Positions 34,684 to 47,332 of a DNA stretch of 64,000 nucleotides are shown piece by piece. A model generated the notes under the pieces. That model was not told where the DNA came from. It saw only the letters and a program-made list of their open reading frames with translations, and made no database searches. The DNA comes from Scenedesmus sp. PABB004 (Eukaryota), in the NCBI GenBank assembly GCA_014905635.1, contig CM026547.1:1922001-1986000 (forward strand), in the 5' to 3' direction. A program made the position numbers and the translations under genes. Each line of letters starts with the position of its first letter. Position 1 is the stretch's first letter.

Positions 34684-37377
34684 ATGGCGAGCGCGGGGGG
34701 CCTCGTGTGCGTGCCGTTCGTGTCCGTGGGCGACCTGCGCCGCGCCTGCATGGCCGTGGGGCGCCACAACAGGGCGCTCGCCCAGGCGTGGCAGGAGCCC
34801 GCCTTTTTCCTGACGTGGGACGGCCTCGGCTTCTTCACGGGCGAGCGGCGCGCACCGCCGCGCGGCGCGGCGCCGTGCGCCGGCTTGCGCGGGCCGGCGC
34901 TGTGCGCGCTGCGCCTCCGCTGCCCGCCGCCGCCGCTGCTCGCCGACCCGCGCGCCCGCCCGCGCACGCGCCGACCCAAGGCGTCGACCGCGAGACCTGG
35001 CAGACCACCTTCCTGCTCACCGGCGACGCGGCGCTGCGGCTGCTGGACAGCCTGGAGGCGCGCAGCGGCGCCGACCTGCATGCGGTGCGCAACGTGATCG
35101 CCGCCGCGGCGCGGCGCCCGCAGCACGTCGCGGTGCAGCGCGTGTCGGTGCACAGCGAGGCCGCGTACAAGGCCATCCTGGGGTCCATGGCGGGCACCGC
35201 AAAGCAGGCCAGGATGCGGGTGCGGCGCGCGCGGCGCGCGCAGCGGAGCAGCCCAGCGCGCGGCGCGGCGCGCCCCCGGCCGCGCCCCACCCCCGCCGCC
35301 GCCCCGTGCGGCCCGCCAGGAGCTGTACAACGGCGTGTGCAAGCAGCTGGCCGACGCCACGGCCATGGCGCGGCCGGTGGAGTGCGGCGGCGCGCCAGCG
35401 CGCGGCGGCGGGCGCGGCGGCGGGCGCGTGGTGCACATGTTCCTGTCGCTCGACTTTGAGTGGTGGGAGAAGAGCAGCGACATCATCCTGGAGGTGGGGC
35501 GGCCCGACGCGCGCCGCGCGACCCTGGCCGCAGCCCCACCTGCTGCGCCGCCCGCCCGCGCACCCCGCCCCCAACGCCCGCCCGCGCCCGCGCGCTGCGC
35601 AGGTGGGGTGGAGCCTGTGGGACACGGCCACCCGGCATCACCGCACACGGCACTGGGTGGTCAAGGAGAACCTCAACAAGGTGCGGCGCGCCGACGCTGT
35701 GTGTGTGTGCCCCCCCCCCCCCGCCCCCACCGCCGCCCCCGCCCCGCCGCCGGGCCCGGGCGGCGGCGGCGCACCAGCGGTGCGCCGCCCGCCCGCGCGC
35801 GCGCGCGCCCACCCGCGCGCGTGCGGCGCGCGCGCGTGGCGCCGCAGTGCAACGGGCGGTTCATCGCTGACAACCGCATGCGCTTTGCGTTTGGCATGAG
35901 CCAGCGCGGCAGCGTCGACGCGGCGATGAACGCGCTGCAGGCCGAGGTCGACGCGCGCGGCATCACCGACGGCCTCTCGCGCGCGCAGGCGCGGCCGCGG
36001 CGCCGCCGCGCCGCGCGGCCCGGCGCGCGCCGCGCGCGCGCGCCGCGCCGCCCACGCGCCGACGCCCCGCGCCGCCGCGCAGCGCGAGGAGCTGGAGGCG
36101 TGCGAGGTGGTGCTGGTGCTGGTGGGGCACGGCATGAGCGGCGACCTGGAGCGCGCGGAGCTGCTGGAGATTGAGTGGCCGCCCGGCATGCCCAGCTTTG
36201 ACACGCAGCAGCTCTACCTCGCCTGGCAGCTGCGCGGCCTCGACCCCGCCAGCGCGGCCAAGGCGCTCGAGGTGGCGGGGGCGGACAAGCGGCCCAAGGC
36301 GGACGACGGCCTCCCCGCCAACGCGGCCGCCGCGGCCGCGACGGGCTCCACGCACCACGCGCTCAGCGACGCCGAGTCGGACGACCCCGACGACTGGGTC
36401 GCGGCGGCGCTCGACGACCACCCGGGCGGCGCGGGTGGCGCCGCGGCGGGCGTGGCGGCGCTGTCGCTCGGCCCCGGCGGCGGCCAGGGCGGCGCGGCCA
36501 ACGGCAAGCCGGCGCGTGTGAAGGGCAAGCCGCAGCCGCAGATGCCCAAGCGCGTCCGCCCCTGGCCGCACGGCCCCGCGCCGGAGGAGAAGGACGCCGC
36601 CGCGGCCGCGGAGCGGCAGGCCAAGGACGCCGCCGGCCCGCGCGGCGTCGAGCGCCAGGCCGGCCTCGCCAACATGCTCACGGGTGAGCCCGCGCGGCCG
36701 CGGCCGCCGCCGCGCGGCCGCGCCGCGCTGGCGGCGCCCCGCGCTGGCTGCCGGCTCACCCGCGACCTCGCGACCTCGCCCCAAACCCCTCCCTCCCCTC
36801 TCCAACAGCGCTGGGCATCAGGTCCTGCAAGATGCACAACGCAGGTGCGCCGCGCCGCACCGCGCCGCGCCGCGCCGCGGGCCGGCGGCGGGCGCGCCGC
36901 GGTCTGCCCCGCGCTCCCTGCCTCACGCCGCCCGCCCGCCGGCGCGGCGCGGCGCGCCGCGCGTCAGGCAACGACAGCCGCTTCACGCTGGAGGCCTTCC
37001 TGGCCATGGCGGGGCACCCCGCCTGCCCCGACCCCGAGGCCGCGCACCTGGCGCTGCGCGACAACGACGAGGCGTTCCAGCGCGACCTGGAGCGCAGCCT
37101 GGCCGCCGCCGCAGCGCAGGGCTTCACAACGATCCTACCTGGCACGCCCGGCACGCCCGGCGCGCACGCGCGCGCGCCCGCGGGCAGCGGCGGCGGCATC
37201 GGGCGCGGCGGCAGCGGCGGCAGCGACGCGGGCGGCGGCGGCGGCGACGTGTGCTGGGACGCGACGCCCGCGCCGATCGTGCGCAAGCAGCCGGCGGGCC
37301 GCCTGGGCGCGCACAACAGCAGCACCGACACCGCCCAGGCGACGGCGGCCTACGCGGACAACCCGGACGGTTGGTGA
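34684..37377 (+). CDS. DEDDh 3'-5' exonuclease of the Gfd2/YDR514C/QIP-like type (multi-exon)
   Basis: FLSLDFEWWE..ILE/VGWS, HWVVKEN, NGRF..RFAFGMS, LVGHGMSGDL, FDTQQL, LGI..MHNA/GNDSRFTL. Confidence 0.8.
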
Positions 37378-37579
37378 CCAGCCAGCGGCGCGCAGGCGCA
37401 TGCGGCCTGTTGGGCGAGCGAGCGAGCGAGCAGCAGCGACGGGCCGGGCACTGCGGCGCCCGCTGGCGCGGCGGCCGTGGGACGCGGAGGTGGCGGCAGG
37501 GCTTTTTGATTGGCGCGCCGCGCGCGCGTGGCGATGCGATGCGATTGCTGGCAACCCTGGCCGGGAGCGCTCAACTCGC

Positions 37580-38889
37580 TCAACTCGCGGCCGCGCTCGG
37601 CGCGCCACCTCGCGCGACGCGCAGCCCACTCGCGCCGCCGCCGCAGCCCTCCACGCCCGCCACGACGCCCGCGAGCGCGGCCCACAGCGCCGCGTGCTGC
37701 AGGCACACCGCGCCGCCGCCGCGCCGGGCCTGCGAGGCCGCGCGGTTCTTGTCTCCCAGGCACACCCAGCCCGCCCGTTGGCGAGGTCCGGGACGGTCGG
37801 GCGGGTCGACGTCGGGCGGGTCCAGCGCGCCGGCCTCGACGCCCCACTTGGAGTGCTCCTCGCTCGCCGGCCAGGCCACGCGCGTGCCGGCAAAGGCCAC
37901 CGCCGCGACGTTGAGGCTGTCGACCCCCGCGCCGCTGCCGTGCGGCAGCGCGGGGGTTGCGCGTCGTGGGTGCGCCGCCACGTGGCCCACGCCATGTCGG
38001 CGCGCAGCGCGGGGCCGATGACGTCATCGGTGAGCGACGCGTTGAGCTGAGCGGCCGCAGAAAACGCCGTCAGCGCCTGCCCGCCCGCCGTGCGCAGCCG
38101 CAGGCGCAGCTGCACCGCGGGGCGCGGCGGCGCCGGGGCGCCGCCGCCGCCCAGCAGCGCGGCCCACGCGGGCAGGCGCGCCGCGAGCGCCGGCGGTAGC
38201 GCGCTGCTGGACACAAACGGCGCCGACGTGCGCAGCAGCTCCGCCGCGCCCGCCAGCCCCGGCGCGGCCAGGGAGAAACAGGCAAAGTGCTGCGCAAACA
38301 CCGACTGCGGCGGCGCGAGGTCGGCAAAGCCCGGTCCGGCGCGCGGGTCGTCGGGGAAGCGCGGCGCGCTGTGCGTGAGCCAGAACCCCGCCACGCCGCC
38401 GGGCGCGGCGGCGTGCAGCCCGGCCGCGATGACGCCCTTGGCGTGCGCGGCGTCAAAGTGCTCCGCGCCGCGCGGCGGGTCGTCGTTGTAGGCCACGTGC
38501 GCCACGCCGCCGCCAGGGGGCACGAGCACGGCCAGCGTGGCCGCGACGGGGTTGCCGCCGCCGCCGCCGCCGCCGCGCGGCGCCATGCTGAGCCCGTGCG
38601 CCCAGCAGGCGCCGCCGCCGCAGCCGCCGCGCCGCGCGACGCGCCGCGCGTCGAGGTAGGAATAGTTGAACCCGCGCGGGTGCTTGAGCATCACAAACCA
38701 GTCCACGCGCCGCCCCTCCAGCCCCACGCACCACGCGGGCGAAGTTGCCGCCGCCGCAGCGGCAACGGCGCGCGGGGCGCAGCAGGCTGCCAGCAGCGCC
38801 GCGGCCGCCAGCGCCCAGCGCCGCGGCTCGCGGCGCGCCGTGCGCGCCTGCCCCCGCCGCCCCCGGCGCTCGCGACAGGTGCCCATCAT
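37580..38889 (-). CDS. Deoxyribonuclease II family protein, apparently intronless; one frameshift near 37924-37928
   Basis: Signal peptide, VDWFVMLKHP, AYNDDPP, HAKG, GFWLTHSAPRFP, AQHFACFSL; second frame EEHSKWG, WVCLGDKNR..RRGGGAVC. Confidence 0.85.
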
Positions 38890-39130
38890 GCTGGACTGGC
38901 ACAGCACGTTCCCGGTCAACAGCGCCTGCCACCTCTGGGGCGCGCAGGCGGTGGTGCGGGACGCGGCCGCGCGCGCGCGCGCGCAGCGCGGCGCCGGCCC
39001 GCGCCGCCGCCGCCGCCGCCCACCCGCCTGTCCTGCCGCGCGCGCAGCACTACGACAGCGGCGACCTCTCGCGCAACAACCTGCTGGTCGCGCTGATCGA
39101 CTTTGGCGAGGTGCGCGACTGCACGGCGGC
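38862..39130 (+). pseudogene. Duplicated internal fragment of the desaturase gene (two exons plus intron; copy of 31856-32119)
   Basis: Near-identical direct copy with G>D and L>P changes and a 6-bp insertion at the splice donor. Confidence 0.92.
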
Positions 39131-39345
39131 GGCGGCGGTGCGTCCACTGCTCGATCGGCTCGCAGCTCTGAGCGGCCCCGCGGACAGGGGCGTGCGGACT
39201 GCTGGCGCGGCTGGCGAACGGACTGGGGGGCGACGGCAGGCGGCGCGCACGGGGGGCTGTGGGGCTTTGCGCGAGGCGCGCCGCCGCCGGCGCTGCTGCC
39301 GCTGACCGCCGCGGCGGCCGTCTGCGGCGAGCCACGCGCGCTCAG

Positions 39346-39350
39346 TTACA
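39346..39350 (-). terminator. TGTAA polyadenylation signal, probably of RPL39
   Basis: TTACA on + strand ~490 bp downstream of the RPL39 stop. Confidence 0.5.
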
Positions 39351-39835
39351 CGCACGCCACGCCATCCAAGCGCGAGCCAGCAGCGGCCGCGGGCACGCGC
39401 GCCGACGCGCCGCCCCCGCCGCGCCCCGCTCGCGGCAGCGGCCGCCCACCGGCTGCTCGCGCTGCTCAGCAGCAGCCGGCGACAGGGACGTCTGCGGGGC
39501 GCGCAGCGAGAGGCGGACGGCGTCAGGGTTGAGGTGGCCCAGGAGAGAGAGAAAGAGCAGGCGCGGAGGCCGCCGCCGCTGCCGCTGCCGCTGCAAGTGC
39601 TGCCGCCGCCGCCGCCGCTGCCGCTGCTGGTTCTGCCAGCGTTGCTGCCACCGCTGCTGGTGGCTGCTGCCGCCGCCGCTGGTGCCGCCGCTGGTGCTGG
39701 TGTTGCCACCACCGCTGCTGGTTGCTGCTCGTGCTGCCTTGCGTGCCGCTGCCGCGCCGCGGGCACGCGTGCGCCCGCACGCACGCGCGCGCCCCGAGCG
39801 CTCACCCTCTGCCATGGGCCCCAAGCAGCAGCTGC

Positions 39836-40365
39836 TTAGATGCCCAGCTTGGTGCGCCGCCAGTGGCGCCTCTTGGCGTTGTAGCGGATCTTGTTGTTGG
39901 TCCGGAACCTAATCCAGTGCGGACTGCGCCGCGCGCGGGGCGGCGCGGGCGGCGGGCGCGGCGGGCGGTGAGCCGCCGCTCACCGACGGCCCGGCTGCCC
40001 CGCCGGGCGCAGGGCACGCATGGCGCATGCGACCCCGCAGCGCCCCCAGCGCGGCCCGGCCGCCGCCGCCGCCCGCCGCCCGCCGCCCGCCGCCGCGCGG
40101 GCCGCCGCCGCTGCTGCCGCAGCCCCCGCCGCCGCGGCGCCGCGCGTCGCCGCAAGGCCGCGCCGCGTGGCCGCGCGCCGCGCCCGGGCGCCAGCGCTGC
40201 CCGGCCCGCCGGTGGGCGGCTGGGCGGGGCGCGGGGGCGCCGATCGGGCGCGGGCGGCGGGCGGGGCGCCCATCAGCCGCGCGGCCCCCCCGCTCACATA
40301 GGCCGGTTCTGCTTGGCCTTCTTGGCCAGCTTGGTCTTAATCCTGAAGGTCTTCTGCGACGGCAT
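39836..40365 (-). CDS. RPL39: 60S ribosomal protein L39 (exons 40365-40298, 39923-39836)
   Basis: [55 protein letters not shown] intron. Confidence 0.97.
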
Positions 40366-40819
40366 CGTGGGGCCGCGCCGCGGGCGCTGCCAGAGGTGGG
40401 CGCGCCGCCACTGCCCGGCTGTGCGAGCCGGCGTCGTCGGGTCGCGGGGAAGAGGGCGGGGTCCCGTCGGCGCGTCGCAGAAGGCCAGGGGCGCGCGGCC
40501 CAGCGCGAGGTCTGCTAAAACCTGCGAGTGGACTGCCGCGTCGCAGAAAGCGCCCGTGGCGACCGCGGTGCACCTCCAGCGTGGCAGGCTGCCGGGGGCG
40601 CGCACGGCAGCAGCGGCAGCAGCAGCACGGCAGCAGCAGGCGCCTCCCTGCGCCAGCACACGCGCGCAGAGCCCCCCCCCCCGCCAGCAGCATCTGCGTG
40701 GCGTCCGCCCCGGCGCCGCCGACCGTTGCGCGCGGGGGGTCGCGCACGCGCGCCGCCGCCGGCGCGCACGCCCGCGCTGCGCGCCGCCGGCTCCGCGCCG
40801 CCGCGCCGCGCCGCCCGGC

Positions 40820-43121
40820 ATGGCCTGGCGCGTGGCGCTGGAGGATGTGCAGCACTGGGCCGACGCGCCGGTGGCGGAGCTGCTGGACGTGAGCCGCCGC
40901 GCGCGGCGCCGCGCAGCGGTCGGGCGCGCAGCCGCCTGTGCGCGCTCCGCAACGCGCCCATCAACATCGCCCCTGCCGCCCCGCAGGCGCAGTCGATGCC
41001 GGTGCGGCTGCCGCTCACGATGGGCGGCGTGGCGGTGCCGCTGTTCGGCGCGCTCGCGGTGGAAAAGGCCGACTACGTGGTCGACGACGCCGGCGGCGAT
41101 GCTGGCGACGACGCCGGCGGCGCCGGCGGCGGCGGGGAGGCGGCGCGCACCGATTTTGTGTATGACAGCGTGCTCTTCGCGGGCGGGCCCGTGTGGGCGC
41201 TCGCGTGGGCGCCGCTGCAGGGCGCCGACGCGCGCGCGGGGGCGCTGCACACGGTGGAGGTGCTGGCGCTGAGCGCGCACCCCGCGCGGCAGCGGCGCAA
41301 CGCCGTCGGCGCGGCGCAGCACGGCCCCGGCGCGCTGCAGCTGTGGGCCGTGCCGAGCAGCGTGCGCTGCGCGCTCGTCCCCGGCGGCCTGCCGCGCCTG
41401 CTCGCGCTGCTCTGGCACGAGGGGCGCCTCGCGTGGGACGTGCAGTGGTGCCCCCACCCCGCGGCGTTCATCACGCCCGCCAGCGCCGCCGCCGGCCGCG
41501 CGTCGGCGCGCGGCTGCGGCGCCGGCGGCGCGCCGCTTGCGGGCGTGGTCGCGGCGGTGCTGGGCAGCGGCGACGTCGCGGTGTGGGCGGTGCCCACGGC
41601 GGCCTGCCTGCTGGAGCTCGGCCGCGCGGCAGCGGGCGAGCAGCAGGCGCACGCGCCGCGCGGGGCCGCCGCGGCCGCGGCCGCGGCGCCCGCCGCTGAC
41701 GCCGGCGCGGCCGACGGCGCGGTCATGCTGGCCAGCGGCGGGGAGCCGCTGTCGCTGCGGCTGGCGCCCATCATGCTGCTGCCGGCGGCGGCGGTCGGTG
41801 GCAGCCTCGCCAGCTGCTGCGCCTGGCTGCCCATGCCGCCGCACGACCAGCTGCTCGTCGGCTGCTGGAACGGCAACGTGGCCATCTGGAAGCTGCCCAC
41901 GGCGCCAGGTGGGCCTCCGCGGCAGGCGCGGGCGGCGCCGCGCAGCGCACACAGCGCAGCGCACGCAGCGCACGCCGAGGCTGCGCCCACGCGCCGCCCG
42001 GCCGCCTGGCCCGGCCAGGCGGCGTGCCGGAGCCCATCCAGCTGCTCGCGGCCGACCCCACGCCCATCACCTCGGTGGCGTGGCAGCCGGCGCGGCGCTG
42101 GTGGTCGACGGGCCACTGCAGCGTGCAGGAGGCCGCCGCCGCCGCGCTGGCACTGGGCGGCGCCGCCGCCGCGCCGCCGGGCGTGGGGGCCGCTTGTGCC
42201 TCCTACTTCCTGACCGCGAGCCACGTGGGCAACCTGAAGGTCTGGGACGTGCGCGACGTGGCGCAGCCCTGCCACGAGCGCGTGGTGAGCCGCAACGCCA
42301 TCACCTCTGCGCTCTGGCTCGGCCCGCCCCACACGTTTGTCACCGCGAGCGCGGACGGCGTGCTGCGCCAGGCCTGGCTCGACGGCGGCATCCAGGCCGC
42401 CGCGCCGGCGCAGCACACCTACGACGGTGACCGCCGCGCCGCGCGGCGGCGGCCGGGGCGCGCGGCGCAGAGCGCGCGCCCGCCCGCGGCGCTCGCCCGC
42501 CGCCGGCGACGGCCGCGCCGCGCCGCGCCGTGCGCAGTGTCGGCCAGCTGCGGCTGCCTGTGGCGGCTGTCCGCGTGCGAGGCGCTGGCGCTGGTGGCCT
42601 ACGTCGGCGACGGCGGGCTGCTGGGGGTCATGCCGCTGGAGCCGCCCAGCGGCGAGAGCGGGCGCCACCGCAAGGCCCACGCCGCGCCCAGCGGCTTTGC
42701 GGTGGACAAGGCCAGCCCCACCGAGCTCTTCGTCGTCGCGGCGCAGCAGATCCCCGGCAACGGCGCGCTCTACACAAACGGCGCGCCGCGAGGGCGCGCC
42801 CGCGCGGCTGACCGCGCGTCGCCGCGCGGCTGACCGCGCGTCGCCGCGCGGCTGACCGCGCCTCGCGCTGCCGCCGCCCCGGCCGCCGCCCCGGCCGCCA
42901 CCCCGGCCGCCGCCGCAGCCCGCAGCGGCCCCAAGGGGCGGCGCGAGGGGCCGACGTTTGTGCAGGAAGCGCTGCCGCACCCGTGGGTCGTCCTGCACGC
43001 GCTCGCGTTCAGCCCCAACTACCGAGGCGTCGCGCTGCTGGCCTACGGCGGCGGCGCGGGGGTGGTGCGGCTGCACACGATGTCCGCCGAGGTCGTGCCG
43101 CTCGGCGCCGCCGCGTCGTGA
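40820..43121 (+). CDS. WD40 protein resembling TFIIIC subunit beta (GTF3C2/Tfc6), multi-exon
   Basis: FAGGPVWALAWAP, LALSAHP, GALQLWAV, WHEGRLAWDVQWCP, AAVLGSGDVAVW, LLVGCWNGNVAIW. Confidence 0.7.
42803..42860. repeat. Intronic 22-bp tandem repeat (GCGGCTGACCGCGCGTCGCCGC), ~2.7 copies, each with a CTGAC branch-like motif
   Basis: Directly visible. Confidence 0.8.
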
Positions 43122-43444
43122 GCCGCCGCCGCGGGTGCGCCGGGAGCGGCGGACGCGGCACGCGCGCCGGCCGCACGAGCGCAGCGCCGGCGGGACGCGC
43201 CGGCAGCAGCGCCCATTGCTGTTGCGAACCGTGCGTCGTGGCTGGCGCTTGTGCCCCGCCCGCCTGCGCCCGCGGCCGGCCAGCTGCTGCTCCCAGCTCG
43301 CGCCCGCTCCCCGCGCGCCCGCTCCCGGCGCGCCAGTCTCGACCCACATCCGCCGCCCGACTCGGCGCCAGCGCGCGAGGCCCCCGCCGCCCGCGCCCGG
43401 CCCACTCGCCGCGCGCCGCCCGCGGCCTCTCGCCCGCCGCAGCA

Positions 43445-44573
43445 ATGCAGCGCGCGCTCGCATTCAGGTCGGGGGCGGGCAATGCCGCCCTGCGCGGCTC
43501 GTCCGGGGTGCGCCCCGGCCGCGCCGGCGCGCGGACGCTTGTGGTGCAGGCCCGCCAGGCGGAGGCGGGCGTGGGCATTTTCGGCACCAAGGCGGGCATG
43601 ATGACCTACTTCACGGAGGAGGGCACCGCGGTGCCCGCGACCGTGATTGCGCTGGAGGAGGGCAACATGGTGACCGCCGTCAAGTCGGCCGACACCGACG
43701 GCTACGCGGCCGTGCAGGTGGGCTACAAGGTCGTGGCCGAGCGCAAGGTGCGCAAGCCGGAGCTGGGGCACCTGCAGAAGGCCGGCTGCCCGCCGATGAA
43801 GCACCTGCGCGAGTTCAAGGTGCGCCGGCGGCTGCGGCCGCGCGCGCCCCGCGCGGCCGCCGCCGGGCGGCGGCGGGCGCCCGGGGACGCAGGGGGGTGC
43901 GCGGGCGCCCAATTGGGCCGGCGGCGGCGGCCGAGGCGCAGCAGCCGCGGCGGCGGCCGAGGCGAGGCAGCGGCAGCAGCAGCGGCAGGCGCGGCAGCGG
44001 GCAGGCGCGGCAGCAGCGCCAGGCGCGGCGACGGCGCCTGCCAGCGCGGCCCGCCGACGCCGCGCCCGCCGCCGCGGCCGCAGCTGCTGGACGCGGCCAA
44101 GGTCGACGCGTACAAGCCGGGGGACAAGCTCGACATCGGCGCGATGTTCAAGGCCGGCGACAGCGTCGACGTCGCCGGGACGTCCGTGGGCAAGGGCTTC
44201 CAGGGTGAGGCGCCGCGGCCGCGGCGCCGCGCGGCGTGCAGCGCGCCGCGCCGCGCCGCGTGCGGCACGCTCACGCCGTCCCGGGCGCGCAGGCACGATC
44301 AAGAAGTACGGCATGAAGCGCGGCGCGATGACGCACGGCTCCAAGAGCCACCGCGAGCACGGCAGCACCGGCCCCGGCACCACGCCCGGCCGCACCTTCC
44401 CCGGCACGCGCATGGCGGGCCACATGGGCGCGGCGCGCCGCAAGGTCCGCAGCCTGCAGGTGCTCAAGGTCGACACCGAGCGCGGCGCGATCGTGCTGCG
44501 CGGCAGCGTGCCGGGCAAGGCGGGCAACATCCTGGAGATCGCGCCGGCCAAGGTGGTGGGCGTCAACTGCTGA
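43445..44573 (+). CDS. PRPL3: Plastid 50S ribosomal protein L3 (3 exons)
   Basis: Transit peptide ending [69 protein letters not shown]. Confidence 0.95.
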
Positions 44574-45034
44574 GCGCCGCGCGCGCTCGGGGGCCCCGGC
44601 GCGCCGCGCGCGCGGCAGCAGGCGCTGCCGCGGCGCGGCGCGGCGCGGGGCGGCGCAGGATGCGCGGCGGCACGCAGTGCCGGCCGCTGGGGCGGGGGCG
44701 GCCAGCAGCGCCGCGCAGCTGCTGCGGGGGTGCGGGGAGGTCGGGCGGGCGCGTAGCTAGCGGGCGGCCGGGCTGTGGGCGGCAGGTAACACCGTGGCTG
44801 TGCGTGAGCGTGGGGTCACATCGGGGACTGAAACGCATGCAGCGCCCCAGTCAGCAGCACGCGCGCTCAGGCCCAAGCCGACTGGCGACAGTGCAGCCTC
44901 GGCGGGGCCGCGCGTCAGCAGCCCCCGCGCCGCCTGAGCACCTCGTCTGCCCCGCCGTCCGGTGCACGCGCTCCTGCAGGGGTGGGGAGTCCGCCCAGTT
45001 ATTGCCCAGTTCTTTCTCTCTCCCCCCCCCCCCC

Positions 45035-45952
45035 TCACGCCTTGCCCTGCTGCTGCTGCTCCACGCCGGGCAGCTCGCACGCGCCGGTCGCGGTGCCGTC
45101 GGTGTCGCGGCAGAGGCTGCCCTGCATCGCACCTCCGGCCTGCTGCGCCGCCGCGTGGCGCGCAAGGATGGCGCCCAGCGCGTCGCGGCCGGTCAGCTGC
45201 GTGCGCCAGCGCGCCCACACCGAGTAGGCGGCATTGGCGGCCGCCAGCACGGCCTCGTTCTTGGTCGCGCCATAAACCCAGCCGAGCCCGACCGCATCGT
45301 AGAGGCGCCTGCGCAGGCGCACGCGGCGCCGGACCGGCTCGCGCGCGGCGCGGCGCCGGGCGCGGCGCCGGGCGCGGCGCCGGGCGCGGCGCCGGGCGCG
45401 GCCCCAGCCACGGCGCGAGGCGGCGCGGCGGTCACCTGAAGACCTCGACGTCGCGGACGATGGTGCCGTCCGGCAGGATGGCGTGGATTCTCTCCATCGC
45501 CTGCGCGTACGTGATGCCCGCGTGCGCCGCCGCGTCGTAGCCCGGCGCGGCGATGTCGACAAAGTCGATCGCGCCCCGCGCCGCGTCGCGCGCGCGCAGA
45601 AAGTTGACCTCCTTCATGCACAGCGAGCACTCGCCGTCGTACAGCATGCGGATCTCACACCCAGGCCGCCAGCCTGGCAGTGCGGCGCGGCCGGGAAGGG
45701 GGGAGCAGGCGGTGTTGCGCCTCGCGCGGTCGTGGCAAGGGGCGGGCCAGGCCGCGGCGCCCAGGCGGCGCCGGCGCCCCGCGCGCAGCGCGCACCCAGG
45801 GCTGAGCTGGAGGTGGAGGCCTCGGCCGTCGCAGCGGCCGACGACGATTGGTGCGCTGGGCGCTGCGGCGCGGCCGCGCTGCTGCTCGCGCGCCGGGCGG
45901 CGGCGAGCCGGCGGCCCGCCGCGCCGACTCCCAGCGGGCGTAGACGCAACAT
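45035..45952 (-). CDS. DCC1-like thiol-disulfide oxidoreductase (DUF393), organelle-targeted
   Basis: MLYDGECSLCMKEV (DxxCxxC), IDFVDI, AMERIHAILPDG, RLYDAVGLGW. Confidence 0.88.
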
Positions 45953-46362
45953 GGATGCACCCTGCGGGCGTCAGCGTCGCCGCGCGTGAGCTGGGCGGCA
46001 CGGCGGCGGCGCGCTGGGGCCACTCGCGCACCTGCATGCGCGAGTGGTGGGATGCTGCTCTGCGTGGCGCCTGCTGGGCGTGTGTGAGCGCTGGCGCGAT
46101 GGATTTGCGACGTATCTGGGGCCGCGGCGGGACTGGGCGGGCCCAAGGTGCGCTGCAGGAGACCGCAACGCCGCCGCGCGCCTGCGTCCCTTCTTCTCCC
46201 CACGCGTCGTCGCCGGCCGCGCACCCCGCACAGCCGCTCGCACGGCCACGCGCACACGCTCGCAGGCCGGCCCAGGCGCACACCTCGCCGCGCGCCGAGC
46301 AGCTGTGTGGCCGCCGCTGCCCGGCGACCTGCGCGGGCAGCATGCCGGCGCCTGGTGCCAGC

Positions 46363-47253
46363 ATGCGGCTCGCTGGAGCGCCCCACAGGACCGCGCCTGT
46401 GGCACCGCCGTGCAGCCGCCGCACCCGGCGCCGCGCGGGCATCGCCTGCGCCGCGCGGCAGCGCGAGGCAGCGGCGCCGCCCGGCGTGCCCGGGGGCGCG
46501 GCGGCGGCGGCCGCGGCCGCGGCAGTGACCCTGGCTGCCTGCTGCACCAGCCCGGCAGCGGTCGCGGCGGTGGAGGCGGCGGTCGGCCCCGTCGACCCCG
46601 CTGCGTTTGTCCCGGGCCCGCCAGGCTGGCAGGTCACGTTTGCCGCGGCCGTGTCCACCGTGCCCTTTGTCATCGGGGCCTACGAGTTTGGCAAGCGCAT
46701 CGTGAGAGCGGCGCGGCGCTGGCGGCGCCGCCGCCGCCGCGCTCGCCACGCTGAGCCCCCGGCCGCGCCGCCGCCGCCGCCGCCCCGCAGCTCATCCAGC
46801 GCCGCTGCCAGGTGTGCGCGGGCAGCGGGCTGGTCACGCGCGGCCGCTTCCAGCGCAAGTGCCCCGAGTGCGGGGGCTTCTTCCCCTGGGTGTCGTGGCA
46901 GATGTTCCTGTCTGCCAACGCGCGCCCGGGCAACGGCGGTGAGCGGCGGCGCGGCGCCGCGGCGGGCGCCGCGTGCAGCAGCCGCCCGCCTGAGCGCTGC
47001 CGCCGCCCGCTGGCGCGCGCTGCGCGGCGCGCGCAGGGCCGCTGCTGCAGCCACGGGGCCAGAGCAGCGTGTTCTACTCCGTCCCGCCGCCGCCGGGCGA
47101 GGAGCAGCGGCAGCAGCCGGGCAGCGGCGGCGGCTTCCAGGTGCCGATGCCCCCCGACGCGCAGCGGCGCGCGCGGCAGACTGAGCAGAGCAGGGGGAGC
47201 CGGACGCGCGCGGCGGCGGCGGCGACGGGGACGGGGACGGGGACGAGCCGTGA
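46363..47253 (+). CDS. Putative plastid membrane protein with DnaJ-like CxxC..CxxC zinc ribbon (start and C-terminus uncertain; probable frameshift at 47193-47197)
   Basis: PPGWQV..VPFVIGAYEFGKRI/LIQRRCQVCAGSGLV..RKCPECGGFFPW..GNG/GPLLQPRGQSSVFY. Confidence 0.7.
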
Positions 47254-47332
47254 GGCAGGCGCCGCCCGGCGGGTCGTCGACGAGGGCAACCGAGAGCACA
47301 GGCAGTGTCACACGGCAAGGGCCCGGCCAGGG

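Noticed and set aside
39530..39830. Ser/Gly/Ala low-complexity ORFs downstream of RPL39
   Set aside because: GCC/GCT microsatellite-like sequence between the RPL39 stop and its probable TGTAA signal, so likely 3' UTR
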